64,000 nt of DNA from contig SVFH01000014.1 in the NCBI GenBank assembly GCA_015056945.1, positions 171 to 64,170 of the forward strand, read 5' to 3'. Every line of letters starts with the position of its first letter. Position 1 is the stretch's first letter. Below the pieces are notes generated by a model. The model had not been told where the DNA came from. It did not search any database and was given only the letters and a program-made list of their open reading frames with translations. The stretch is from Lachnospiraceae bacterium. GTDB taxonomy: Bacteria; Bacillota; Clostridia; Lachnospirales; Lachnospiraceae. The position numbers were made by a program, and so were the translations under genes. This document shows, one piece after another, positions 21,705 to 29,894 of the stretch.

Positions 21705-21742
21705 GATATAAAAAAACTCCGAAATCGGAGTTTTTTTATATC
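21705..21742. terminator. Bidirectional intrinsic terminator
   Basis: GATATAAAAAAACTCCGA-AA-TCGGAGTTTTTTTATATC between convergent DUF2207 and lemA. Confidence 0.85.
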
Positions 21743-21748
21743 TATTAT

Positions 21749-22441
21749 TTACACTAACCTTGCGCCACAATACTGACAATATCTTGTACCATCAGGAACG
21801 CCCATACAATTCGGACATTTCTGCGGATAACGCTTCTTTTCTTCATCCGTCAAATCGTCATCATCAAACAATTCCGGCATTTCTCTTACTTCATCCGTTA
21901 CATTAAAGAGTTCCTCTTCCTCAAACTTAAACATTCCTCCAATGATATTTCCCGGGAACATCTGAAGTTTGTTGTTATACATGGTAACCGCATCATTATA
22001 GAACTGTCTCGCAAATGTCACCTTATCTTCCGTCTCTGTCAATTCTTCCTGTAATTGCAAAAAGTGCTTATTTGACTTTAAGTCAGGATACTTCTCAGAT
22101 ACCACATACAAAGAACTGAGTACGGAATTCAGATGTGCATTTGTTTTCATTTTATCTTTGGCAAGTTCTGATTTCACAAATGCCTCGCGGCTTGCCGCAA
22201 CATTTTCCAACAGCACTTTTTCGTGGGATGCAAATTCCTGTACGGTATCCACCAGATTCGGAAGCAAATCAAATCTCCGCTGCAACTGTGCATCAATCTG
22301 CGCAAATGAATTCTTGACACGGTTTTTCGCTTTGACAAGACCGTTATATGTAATTACCAAAAATACCGCAACTGCAATCAATACAACTAAAATAATTAAC
22401 AACACAATTGCCAGTAACACCACTCCTGCTAATCCTATCAT
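21749..22441 (-). CDS. lemA: LemA family protein with C-terminal zinc ribbon
   Basis: YNGLV, QIDAQLQRRFDLLPNLV, EKYPDLKS, ARQFYND, FP.N; tail CPNC...CQYC. Confidence 0.9.
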   Translation of the reverse strand: MIGLAGVVLLAIVLLIILVVLIAVAVFLVITYNGLVKAKNRVKNSFAQIDAQLQRRFDLLPNLVDTVQEFASHEKVLLENVAASREAFVKSELAKDKMKTNAHLNSVLSSLYVVSEKYPDLKSNKHFLQLQEELTETEDKVTFARQFYNDAVTMYNNKLQMFPGNIIGGMFKFEEEELFNVTDEVREMPELFDDDDLTDEEKKRYPQKCPNCMGVPDGTRYCQYCGARLV

Positions 22442-22529
22442 TTGTTTCACTCCTTTAATTTCATTAATGGCATTATATCATCGTTCCTGCCTTTTCGCAA
22501 TGTATTCTCCTGTGGCAAAGAGTAAATCT

Positions 22530-24002
22530 CTACTCAACGAAAATATCTTTCGCCTGCAAATCATCAAAATTCACCTGCATATATTTGGCGACCTCATCCT
22601 TAGAGAACGTCCGATAAATCGTTTTGGAGATATATTTCTCTGCCGTTTTCAAAACCGTCTTATAATCCGAAATATCGTCCGGGAAATAAATTCCTCCTTT
22701 ATTACGGTTTGATAACATCCAGCACACTGCCGCAAGTGCAGACATGGAAACCGGTGTAATGGTCGGCGTCTGCCAGAAAGACCCCTCTTTCTTTTTGTAT
22801 AGAAACGATGTTTCCACGCGGTTGCCTACCCATACCGGTTCAAACGCATCTCCAAGAAGCAATACTCCCACATATTCCGTTCCGGAATCTATTTTTTCCT
22901 GATACAGCACTTCGAAACGCTCCGGATATTCGTATCCGCGGATGATTGTTTTCATACCCGGAGTTTCACAATCCTGCGGTTTCTCAGGATCCGCATCCGG
23001 ATAATTGTTCACCTTTGCATGTTCAAAATATTTGCAGGCATACTCACAGGGCTGATAGAGAAACATCACAGTAGGGCGGTATACCACCTTATCATTTTCT
23101 TTGATTTCAAGCCCCTTCGCAATGGTAATCGTTTCTTCATGCGGTACAAGATACCCTTCAAATCCGCCTCCCGGATAAAAAGTTCTGCACCTTTTATCTG
23201 CTGCAAGTTGTCGGAATGTAAAATATCCTTTTTCTGCACCAAAATTATTAACATTCTCCGCAAAATCCATGCTTTCATGCGTCCCGACATCCATGGTCGC
23301 TTCGCTTAACATCTCAAACCAGAACGAGTCCATGCACCATGTCGTGTACAGTACATTGTCACAGTACTCCCCCTTAACCTTCTGCAAATCAATGTCATTT
23401 ACATGCACCATCTTAAGTCCAAGCGCCCGTGCCGCCTCTGCAAAATTACCCTCTTTCACCAATTTCTTTAAATATTTGTCCTTCGGAAACTGTTTCGAAA
23501 CAATATATGAAATTCCTTCCTTGGTAAAATGCGACACAAGCCCGGGATTATTCCCGTGTTGTAACACAATCGGATGTCTGTTCTTATCCGGCCTTGCCGC
23601 AAACTCCGCCTTCAATGCATTCTTGCGCTCATTCTCTTCAAAAATACAGTACCAGTGGTCAGGCCAATCCGTTTCTCCGGTATTTATGTACATGATATTC
23701 CGCTCAGCACACCATCTGCAGATATCCAGCGTCCCCACGGTATCCGCAAAATCTACCAGCAAATCTCCGCTTTGAAGCAAAGAGCCAAACACTTCATCGT
23801 AATTCTCCCTGGTCACCTCTTTGGTATGAAAATTAGAACTGATACCACCGAGATTCACGTACGCCTTGAATTCAGCGCCGTCCATGGTAATCACGTGATA
23901 TTTATGCTCGTTATATTTGATTTCTTTTGAAATTTTCTCAAAAAAACTTTTCCCGACTGCCCCGAATCCGAACTGGACAATCGTTCCATCAAATCTAATC
24001 AA
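22530..24002 (-). CDS. Homospermidine synthase-like protein (saccharopine-dehydrogenase-type NAD(P)-binding fold)
   Basis: FGFGAVG, GNNPGLVSHF, TTW, GTHE, GYLVPHEE, YRPT..F.Y.PC, G.EYVGVLL motifs are collinear with bacterial HSS; TTG start. Confidence 0.8.
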   Translation of the reverse strand: MIRFDGTIVQFGFGAVGKSFFEKISKEIKYNEHKYHVITMDGAEFKAYVNLGGISSNFHTKEVTRENYDEVFGSLLQSGDLLVDFADTVGTLDICRWCAERNIMYINTGETDWPDHWYCIFEENERKNALKAEFAARPDKNRHPIVLQHGNNPGLVSHFTKEGISYIVSKQFPKDKYLKKLVKEGNFAEAARALGLKMVHVNDIDLQKVKGEYCDNVLYTTWCMDSFWFEMLSEATMDVGTHESMDFAENVNNFGAEKGYFTFRQLAADKRCRTFYPGGGFEGYLVPHEETITIAKGLEIKENDKVVYRPTVMFLYQPCEYACKYFEHAKVNNYPDADPEKPQDCETPGMKTIIRGYEYPERFEVLYQEKIDSGTEYVGVLLLGDAFEPVWVGNRVETSFLYKKKEGSFWQTPTITPVSMSALAAVCWMLSNRNKGGIYFPDDISDYKTVLKTAEKYISKTIYRTFSKDEVAKYMQVNFDDLQAKDIFVE

Positions 24003-24018
24003 AACGTTCTACCCCTCT

Positions 24019-24669
24019 TTACACTTTCCGCGGTTTTCGTATTTTTACTTTTATGGGCTTCTGATATCTGTTTGTCCATAATATTTCTATCTGCTTTTTC
24101 TTGAACGGATATAAAATCTTCTGCAAATCCGGTGAAAAACTTTCTCCAATTACAATAATCCTGTGAATACCGTTTTCGATAAAATAATCTGCCGACGGCA
24201 GGTCCTGATGATATACATCCCAGCTGTTATCAAAAACGGAAACGTTTATTTTATGTCTGTTTAACCTGTTTCTGTCTACCAGAAAAGCCGGAAGTGCATC
24301 CGGCGCAATCTCAATCCCGGCAAGATGTCTTGCCCCAAGGATTAATCCGCTGACAATTACCTGGTTGTTTACCGTCGCCCTGGCATTCTTTTGTTCAATC
24401 GTGCCGTTATATACAGGAACCGGCCTGTATCCCGCTTTTGCAAGTGCAATGCCTTCCTTAATACTGTTCATGCCCGGCAAATCTACAATCAGCGCCGCAC
24501 CTTCGAAGGACTCGTCCAGATAATGCAGCTTCGGAATCACAAGCTCCGCCTGTGAGTATCCCTTTGTACACTGCTTCAACCCCGTAAAAGGAACAGGTCT
24601 GGCCCAGTCTGTCCATTTGGCACCTTCCGGCGCCCAAATTCTGTAAACATCCTTTATTGTCAACACCAT
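24019..24669 (-). CDS. Conserved hypothetical protein, paralog of 43223-43870
   Basis: Shared motifs IWAP..KW.DW.RPV.F, GYRP.PVYNGTIEQ, FDNSWD.Y.QDLP; GAAAGGAG RBS. Confidence 0.85.
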   Translation of the reverse strand: MVLTIKDVYRIWAPEGAKWTDWARPVPFTGLKQCTKGYSQAELVIPKLHYLDESFEGAALIVDLPGMNSIKEGIALAKAGYRPVPVYNGTIEQKNARATVNNQVIVSGLILGARHLAGIEIAPDALPAFLVDRNRLNRHKINVSVFDNSWDVYHQDLPSADYFIENGIHRIIVIGESFSPDLQKILYPFKKKQIEILWTNRYQKPIKVKIRKPRKV

Positions 24670-24712
24670 ATCTCCTTTCCGTATTTCTTTTGCCTGCGCT
24701 TGCAACGCACCT

Positions 24713-26131
24713 TTATGCCAGGCAATAATCCTTATTCAGTGCTTCACAAATCATTACGGTTTGTATTGTATTGGTCAAATCACCATCATATTGAAGCGCA
24801 ACCGATATATACTCCGGCGTATGACCAATCCAATAGCACGTATCATCAATATATTTTTCCTCTTCAAAAAGCACCTGTACTTCTTTTCCGTAAAATGTTT
24901 CCCGATAGGCCGATGCCATCTCTTCTTCCAACGCAAGCAGACAGTTGCTGCGCTCTGTTTTTACCTGCTCCGGAATCTGCTCCGGCATCAAATCCGCCTT
25001 CGTGCCTTTTCTTCTGGAATATTTAAAAACATGCATTTGGGCAAACGCAACCTTCTCAAGAAACGCCTTCGTCTGTGCAAATTCTTCTTCGGTTTCTCCC
25101 GGAAATCCGACAATTACATCCGTTGTAATTGCAGGATTGCCAAAAATCCTACGCAACAATTCTACTTTTTCGTAGTATTGTTCGGAAGTATATCTGCGAT
25201 TCATTCTTTTTAGCGTTGCATCGCAACCGCTTTGTAATGAAATGTGAAAATGCGGACAAAGCGATTTTATCTCTTTTAAATTCTTAACAAATTCCTCTGT
25301 CAGAATCATCGGTTCAAAAGAGCCGATTCTGATTCGCGCCACTCCTTTTATCGCATCCATTTCCTTCATCAGGGCTATCAATGCAGTTGCAGGATCCTTC
25401 TTAGGAAAATCCAGGCCATAGGAACTGATATGAATTCCTGTCAGAACAAATTCACGATACCCTTTTGCCACAAGTCCTTTCACTTCTTCAATTACCTGCT
25501 TCGGATCACGGCTTCGGACACCGCCTCTTGTATACGGAATAATACAATAGCTGCAAAAACGGTTACAGCCGTCCTGTATCTTAATATATGCCCTTGTATG
25601 CTCCGCAGTCTCTTCCACACAAGCTTCTTCAAACGGTGCTTTTTTCACATCCACCACCGTAGTATTTCCAAGCGTTTTACGAAGAAAAACCAATACTTCC
25701 TCTTTTTCACTTCCGTCTTCCCAGCTGCCTTCACCGCTTTGAAGAAGTGCTTCATACGGCTCTTCGCCGGCATTCAAACGTTCCCTCAAAACTTCATATT
25801 CTGCCAGAATTTCCACGATATCTTTTTTTCGATTGTTCCCGATTAAAAGGTCAATCGCCTCATCCTGCGCCGCCTGATAAGCATCTGCCTGGACAAAACA
25901 TCCTACTGCAACTACAACTGCCTCCGGATTCATTTTACGTGCTTTATGAAGCATTTGGCGGCTCTTTCTGTCTGCCATATTCGTCACAGAACAGGTATTT
26001 ATCACATAAATGTCTGATTTTTGGTTGAATTGTACAATTTTATAGCCGTGTTTTTGTAATAATTGTTGCATAACATCTACTTCATAGGAATTCACTTTGC
26101 AGCCTAAGTTGTGTAATGCTATAGTTTTCAT
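24713..26131 (-). CDS. mtaB: tRNA t6A methylthiotransferase MtaB
   Basis: LGCKVNSYE, INTCSVT, KIQDGCNRFCSYCIIP, HISLQSG, DVIVGFPGET, HVFKYSRRKGT. Confidence 0.92.
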   Translation of the reverse strand: MKTIALHNLGCKVNSYEVDVMQQLLQKHGYKIVQFNQKSDIYVINTCSVTNMADRKSRQMLHKARKMNPEAVVVAVGCFVQADAYQAAQDEAIDLLIGNNRKKDIVEILAEYEVLRERLNAGEEPYEALLQSGEGSWEDGSEKEEVLVFLRKTLGNTTVVDVKKAPFEEACVEETAEHTRAYIKIQDGCNRFCSYCIIPYTRGGVRSRDPKQVIEEVKGLVAKGYREFVLTGIHISSYGLDFPKKDPATALIALMKEMDAIKGVARIRIGSFEPMILTEEFVKNLKEIKSLCPHFHISLQSGCDATLKRMNRRYTSEQYYEKVELLRRIFGNPAITTDVIVGFPGETEEEFAQTKAFLEKVAFAQMHVFKYSRRKGTKADLMPEQIPEQVKTERSNCLLALEEEMASAYRETFYGKEVQVLFEEEKYIDDTCYWIGHTPEYISVALQYDGDLTNTIQTVMICEALNKDYCLA

Positions 26132-26255
26132 AGAAATCTCCTTTTTTTTTGGCACCTTTATCAATTGACTTTTCCTCCGAATTCAACTACTATAAAAGCG
26201 GAAGTTGTTAAACTTTCCACAACAAGAAGGTATATATGTTAAGGAGGATAACATT

Positions 26256-26486
26256 ATGAAGACAGTATCTATTTCTTTAAACTCAATCGACAAAGTAAAG
26301 TCTTTCGTAAATGAAATTACTAAATTCGACCATGACTTTGACTTGGTTTCAGGCAGATATGTTATCGATGCTAAATCCATTATGGGTATTTTCAGTTTGG
26401 ATTTATCCAAGCCCATCGATTTAAACATTCATGCAGAAGACGGCGTTGATGACATTCTCGCTGTATTGGCACCTTACATCGTGTAA
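26256..26486 (+). CDS. HPr-family protein lacking the His15 motif
   Basis: GRYVIDAKSIMGIFSL (Ser46 region) present, GLHARP absent; AAGGAGG RBS. Confidence 0.85.
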   Translation: MKTVSISLNSIDKVKSFVNEITKFDHDFDLVSGRYVIDAKSIMGIFSLDLSKPIDLNIHAEDGVDDILAVLAPYIV

Positions 26487-26506
26487 GATTCCAAACCTGT
26501 TGGGTT

Positions 26507-26535
26507 TAAAGCAAGACAGAGGTCTTGCTTTTTTT
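26507..26535 (+). terminator. Intrinsic terminator after the HPr-like gene
   Basis: AAAGCAAGAC-AGAG-GTCTTGCTTTTTTT. Confidence 0.8.
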
Positions 26536-26756
26536 CTGCCCTTTTCAGGGAAACAGCAGTGATTTTTATTTACTGCGTGCGGACGGTTCCTCTATCTTTT
26601 TAGCGGCAGCCACACGCGCGAGACAATAAAAATCACCATATACTCATATTCACAAACGCCTAACGCTGTTATAAGCCTTGGTTTAATATCTTAAAAATTC
26701 CGGGAAAATCCCGGAATTTTTTTATTAAATGATTAAACTGTCAAAGCATCTATTTA

Positions 26757-27051
26757 GGATTCACCGGATTGCTTCGCACTTCGCGCTCTCGCAATCCTAC
26801 ACGAAATCCTTTCTTTTTAATGATTCCACGGATTGCTACGCGCTTCACGCTCCCGCAATCCTACACGAAATCCTTTCTTTTTAATGATTCCACGGATTGC
26901 TTCGCACTTCGCGCTCTCGCAATCCTACACAATATTCGCATATCGCGGAACTTACGTTCCGCTTTTATGCTCATATTGTGGCGTGTCCCAAAGTCATGAA
27001 ACCACTTATGTGCAAGCACATGTGGTTTATGACCTTTTGACACTGGAATCC
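26757..27051 (-). repeat. Structured repeat family B, copy 1, with tandem 64-bp duplications of one end
   Basis: Units start at 26757, 26821 and 26885; the full element 26885-27051 matches 60341-60508. Confidence 0.88.
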
Positions 27052-27848
27052 TAAAAAATTTTTTTTACATAATTGTACAAGCCATGCAGCCAGACCTTAA
27101 ATTCATGTCCGCCTTCCGTCGTGTAGAATATGTGCTCTGTGCCGTTTTTTACTAATGCTTCATGATAACTGCGGGGATGATGTTTCACTACATCATCGGT
27201 TGCACCTTCCACAATCATCACGAAGTGGTCGCTTCCTTCGGGTAATTTAAAGGTATCCTCTGTAAATAGTCCTTCTTCGTAAACACCGAAATTTTCATAA
27301 GGAAATAATCCCGGTGCCGGTGTAAATGCACCAATATATCCGAAGGTGTCATACATATGGAAGCCAATATTAAGTGTCTCTCTGCCTCCCATGGACAAAC
27401 CTGCGATTGCAGTATGTTTACGGTCAGTGAAAACCGGATAATTGGCATTAATAAAAGGCATCAAATCATTCTTCAAATCATTCATGAAATTGTCAAATGC
27501 TTTGAAATGCTCTATCGAAAAAATATCCTCCGGATTGGCCGCATCATTTGCTCTGGCGCGCACATTCGGAACTACCGCAATCAAGTCTTTCGCCTCACCT
27601 GCTGCCATCATGTTATAAAGAACCGTTGCTGCACCGCCGCCAATCCATTCATTATGATCACCGCCGATTCCGTGCAACAGATATAAAACCGGATATTTCT
27701 TTTCTTCGGAAAATCCTGCCGGCAAAATAATATTTGCTTTTCTGTCCGTTCCCGTCGTCTTGGAAGGATAGGTGATTTCAACTACCTTCCCGTAATTCAC
27801 ATCCTTTTTCTCATCTGCATACCCTATAGGTACTGTATACTCTGCCAT
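27051..27848 (-). CDS. Alpha/beta-hydrolase esterase (CE1/XynZ-like)
   Basis: YPVLYLLHGIGG, AIAGLSMGG nucleophile elbow, GGHEF..W. Confidence 0.85.
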   Translation of the reverse strand: MAEYTVPIGYADEKKDVNYGKVVEITYPSKTTGTDRKANIILPAGFSEEKKYPVLYLLHGIGGDHNEWIGGGAATVLYNMMAAGEAKDLIAVVPNVRARANDAANPEDIFSIEHFKAFDNFMNDLKNDLMPFINANYPVFTDRKHTAIAGLSMGGRETLNIGFHMYDTFGYIGAFTPAPGLFPYENFGVYEEGLFTEDTFKLPEGSDHFVMIVEGATDDVVKHHPRSYHEALVKNGTEHIFYTTEGGHEFKVWLHGLYNYVKKIF

Positions 27849-27871
27849 TTTTCTGCCCCTGTCAAAATAAT

Positions 27872-29050
27872 TTATTCAATCTCAACAATTTCTCGTTCTT
27901 CCAAAGCACGTTTCACCATATCATCAATACAGTCAGCAAGATTCTCTTCATGCTTTGCAATTACATTTACATTCGGCTTCGTCACCGGATGTTCCGCAAC
28001 AAAAATCGTACAACAGTCTTCATACGGAAGAATTGAGGTTTCATAAGTGTTAATCTTCTCTGCGATTGCCACAATATCCTGCTTGTCAAATGCAATCAGC
28101 GGACGATATACCGGAAGCGTACATACCGCATTGGTCGCATTCAAACTCTGCATGGTCTGCGATGCCACCTGGCCGATACTCTCACCGGTAATCAATCCGA
28201 GGCAATTATTCTCAAGTGCAATCGTCTCAGCAATGCGCATCATATAACGGCGCATGATAATCGTTAATTCATCATGCGGACATAATTCATAAATCGCTTT
28301 CTGAATCTCCGTAAAATTGATAACATGCAATTTAATCGGACCTGTATACTTAGAAATCAACTGTGCCAAATCAACGACCTTCTGACGCGCACGTTCAGAG
28401 GTATAAGGCGGTGCATGGAAATACGTTGCTTCCAACTTCACACCTCGCTTTGACACCATGTAACCTGCTACAGGAGAATCAAGTCCACCGGAAAGCAATA
28501 ACATCGCTTTACCGCCGGTTCCTACAGGCATACCGCCAAGTCCCGGAATTATAATGGAATACACATAAATTCTTTCTCTGATTTCTACATAAAAAAGAAT
28601 ATCCGGCTTATGCACATCCACACGAGTCTCAGGATATGCATCCAGAATCGCTCCTCCAATTTCACAATTCATTTCCATGGAATTCAAGGGATAATTCTTT
28701 CTTGCTCTTTTCGAATGTACCTTAAAAGTAAAATTCTTTTCCTCATGTACATCCGCAATATATTTTACAACATCTTCTTTTAACTGCTCAAACCCTAAAT
28801 CCTCAAGCACCAGCACCGGGCAAATCGCCGTAACACCAAATACGGAAGAAAGCGCATCAATCAGCTCATCGTAATCAAAATCTCCAAGTGCCTCCACATA
28901 AATTCTTGAAAGCGACTTGTGTACCTTAAACTCGCCGTCACACTTCGCCACTGCACGTTTCACCTGCTCTACAAGAGCATCTTCAAACATGTATCTGTTT
29001 TTTCCTTTCAGGAAAATCTCACCGTATTTCAATAAAAAGGTACGAAACAT
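27872..29050 (-). CDS. thiI: tRNA 4-thiouridine synthase ThiI
   Basis: KYGEIFLKGKNR, THUMP domain, GGMPVG, LLSGGLDSPVA, TGESIGQVASQT, EDCC. Confidence 0.95.
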   Translation of the reverse strand: MFRTFLLKYGEIFLKGKNRYMFEDALVEQVKRAVAKCDGEFKVHKSLSRIYVEALGDFDYDELIDALSSVFGVTAICPVLVLEDLGFEQLKEDVVKYIADVHEEKNFTFKVHSKRARKNYPLNSMEMNCEIGGAILDAYPETRVDVHKPDILFYVEIRERIYVYSIIIPGLGGMPVGTGGKAMLLLSGGLDSPVAGYMVSKRGVKLEATYFHAPPYTSERARQKVVDLAQLISKYTGPIKLHVINFTEIQKAIYELCPHDELTIIMRRYMMRIAETIALENNCLGLITGESIGQVASQTMQSLNATNAVCTLPVYRPLIAFDKQDIVAIAEKINTYETSILPYEDCCTIFVAEHPVTKPNVNVIAKHEENLADCIDDMVKRALEEREIVEIE

Positions 29051-29107
29051 ATAAAACTCCATTCTGCCGTTTATAAACCGGCATGCGCAGTCCCAATACC
29101 ACGCCAA

Positions 29108-29809
29108 CTAGTATTTCATAAATTTATTCTTAATTTCTGCATACTGCAACTGACTGACCGGAATCTCCACACCACTCTTGGTTAAGAAACGATAACGGGC
29201 AAGATCTTTGACATGTGCGAGATTAATGATATAGGATCTGTGACAACGTAAAAAAGAATCTGCCGGAAGCTGCTGTTCCATATCCGAAAACTTCATATGT
29301 ACGCTGATTGTTTCCTCCGCAGTAATAATATTGGTATCGCGTCCCTGACTCTCAAGATATTCTATCTGCTCAAACGGAAGATTATACAGCTTATCCGCTA
29401 CCTGGAATTTCAGAAATCCGCTACTGTTCATGGACATTCTGTATGCTTCCAATAATGCTTCCTGTAATCGTTCATACTCCACCGGTTTCTTTAAATACCG
29501 TAAAGCATGCACACGATAACCATCCATTGCATATTCGGCTGTAGAAGAAACAAATACAATGGGAATCTTTTCTCCGAGACGGCGCAATTCTTCCGCGGCT
29601 TCAATTCCTGTCATGCCCACAGCAAGAATATCCGAAAGCAAAAGATGATATTCATCCCTTCCGCTCGAAAGTTCCTTGGTCATTACAAGCATATCCTCAA
29701 AAGTCGCAATCTCATATTCAATTTCTGCTTCTTCCAAAATCTGTTCCGTCAGCGCTTCGATAATCTGTAACGAAGTCGCTTCATCATCACATATCGCTAC
29801 TCTAAACAT
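29108..29809 (-). CDS. LytTR family response regulator
   Basis: AICDDE, LSDI, YLKKPV, FLRCHRSYIIN. Confidence 0.9.
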   Translation of the reverse strand: MFRVAICDDEATSLQIIEALTEQILEEAEIEYEIATFEDMLVMTKELSSGRDEYHLLLSDILAVGMTGIEAAEELRRLGEKIPIVFVSSTAEYAMDGYRVHALRYLKKPVEYERLQEALLEAYRMSMNSSGFLKFQVADKLYNLPFEQIEYLESQGRDTNIITAEETISVHMKFSDMEQQLPADSFLRCHRSYIINLAHVKDLARYRFLTKSGVEIPVSQLQYAEIKNKFMKY

Positions 29810-29894
29810 ATTTCCTCCAAAATAACCCAAACACAACTTATCTTGTAATTATACACATTTTTCCTGATTTTTGCAAGAAAACCACCGCGCAAAC

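Noticed and set aside
26256-26486. His-less HPr as a novelty
   Set aside because: Such HPr-like proteins are common in Clostridia; listed as a feature only
26757-26930. CRISPR array from the 64-bp periodic repeats
   Set aside because: The would-be spacers are identical, so this is a tandem duplication of one end of repeat family B
26769-27054. Short ORFs within repeat family B
   Set aside because: Their repeated peptides simply reflect the DNA repeats; no RBS
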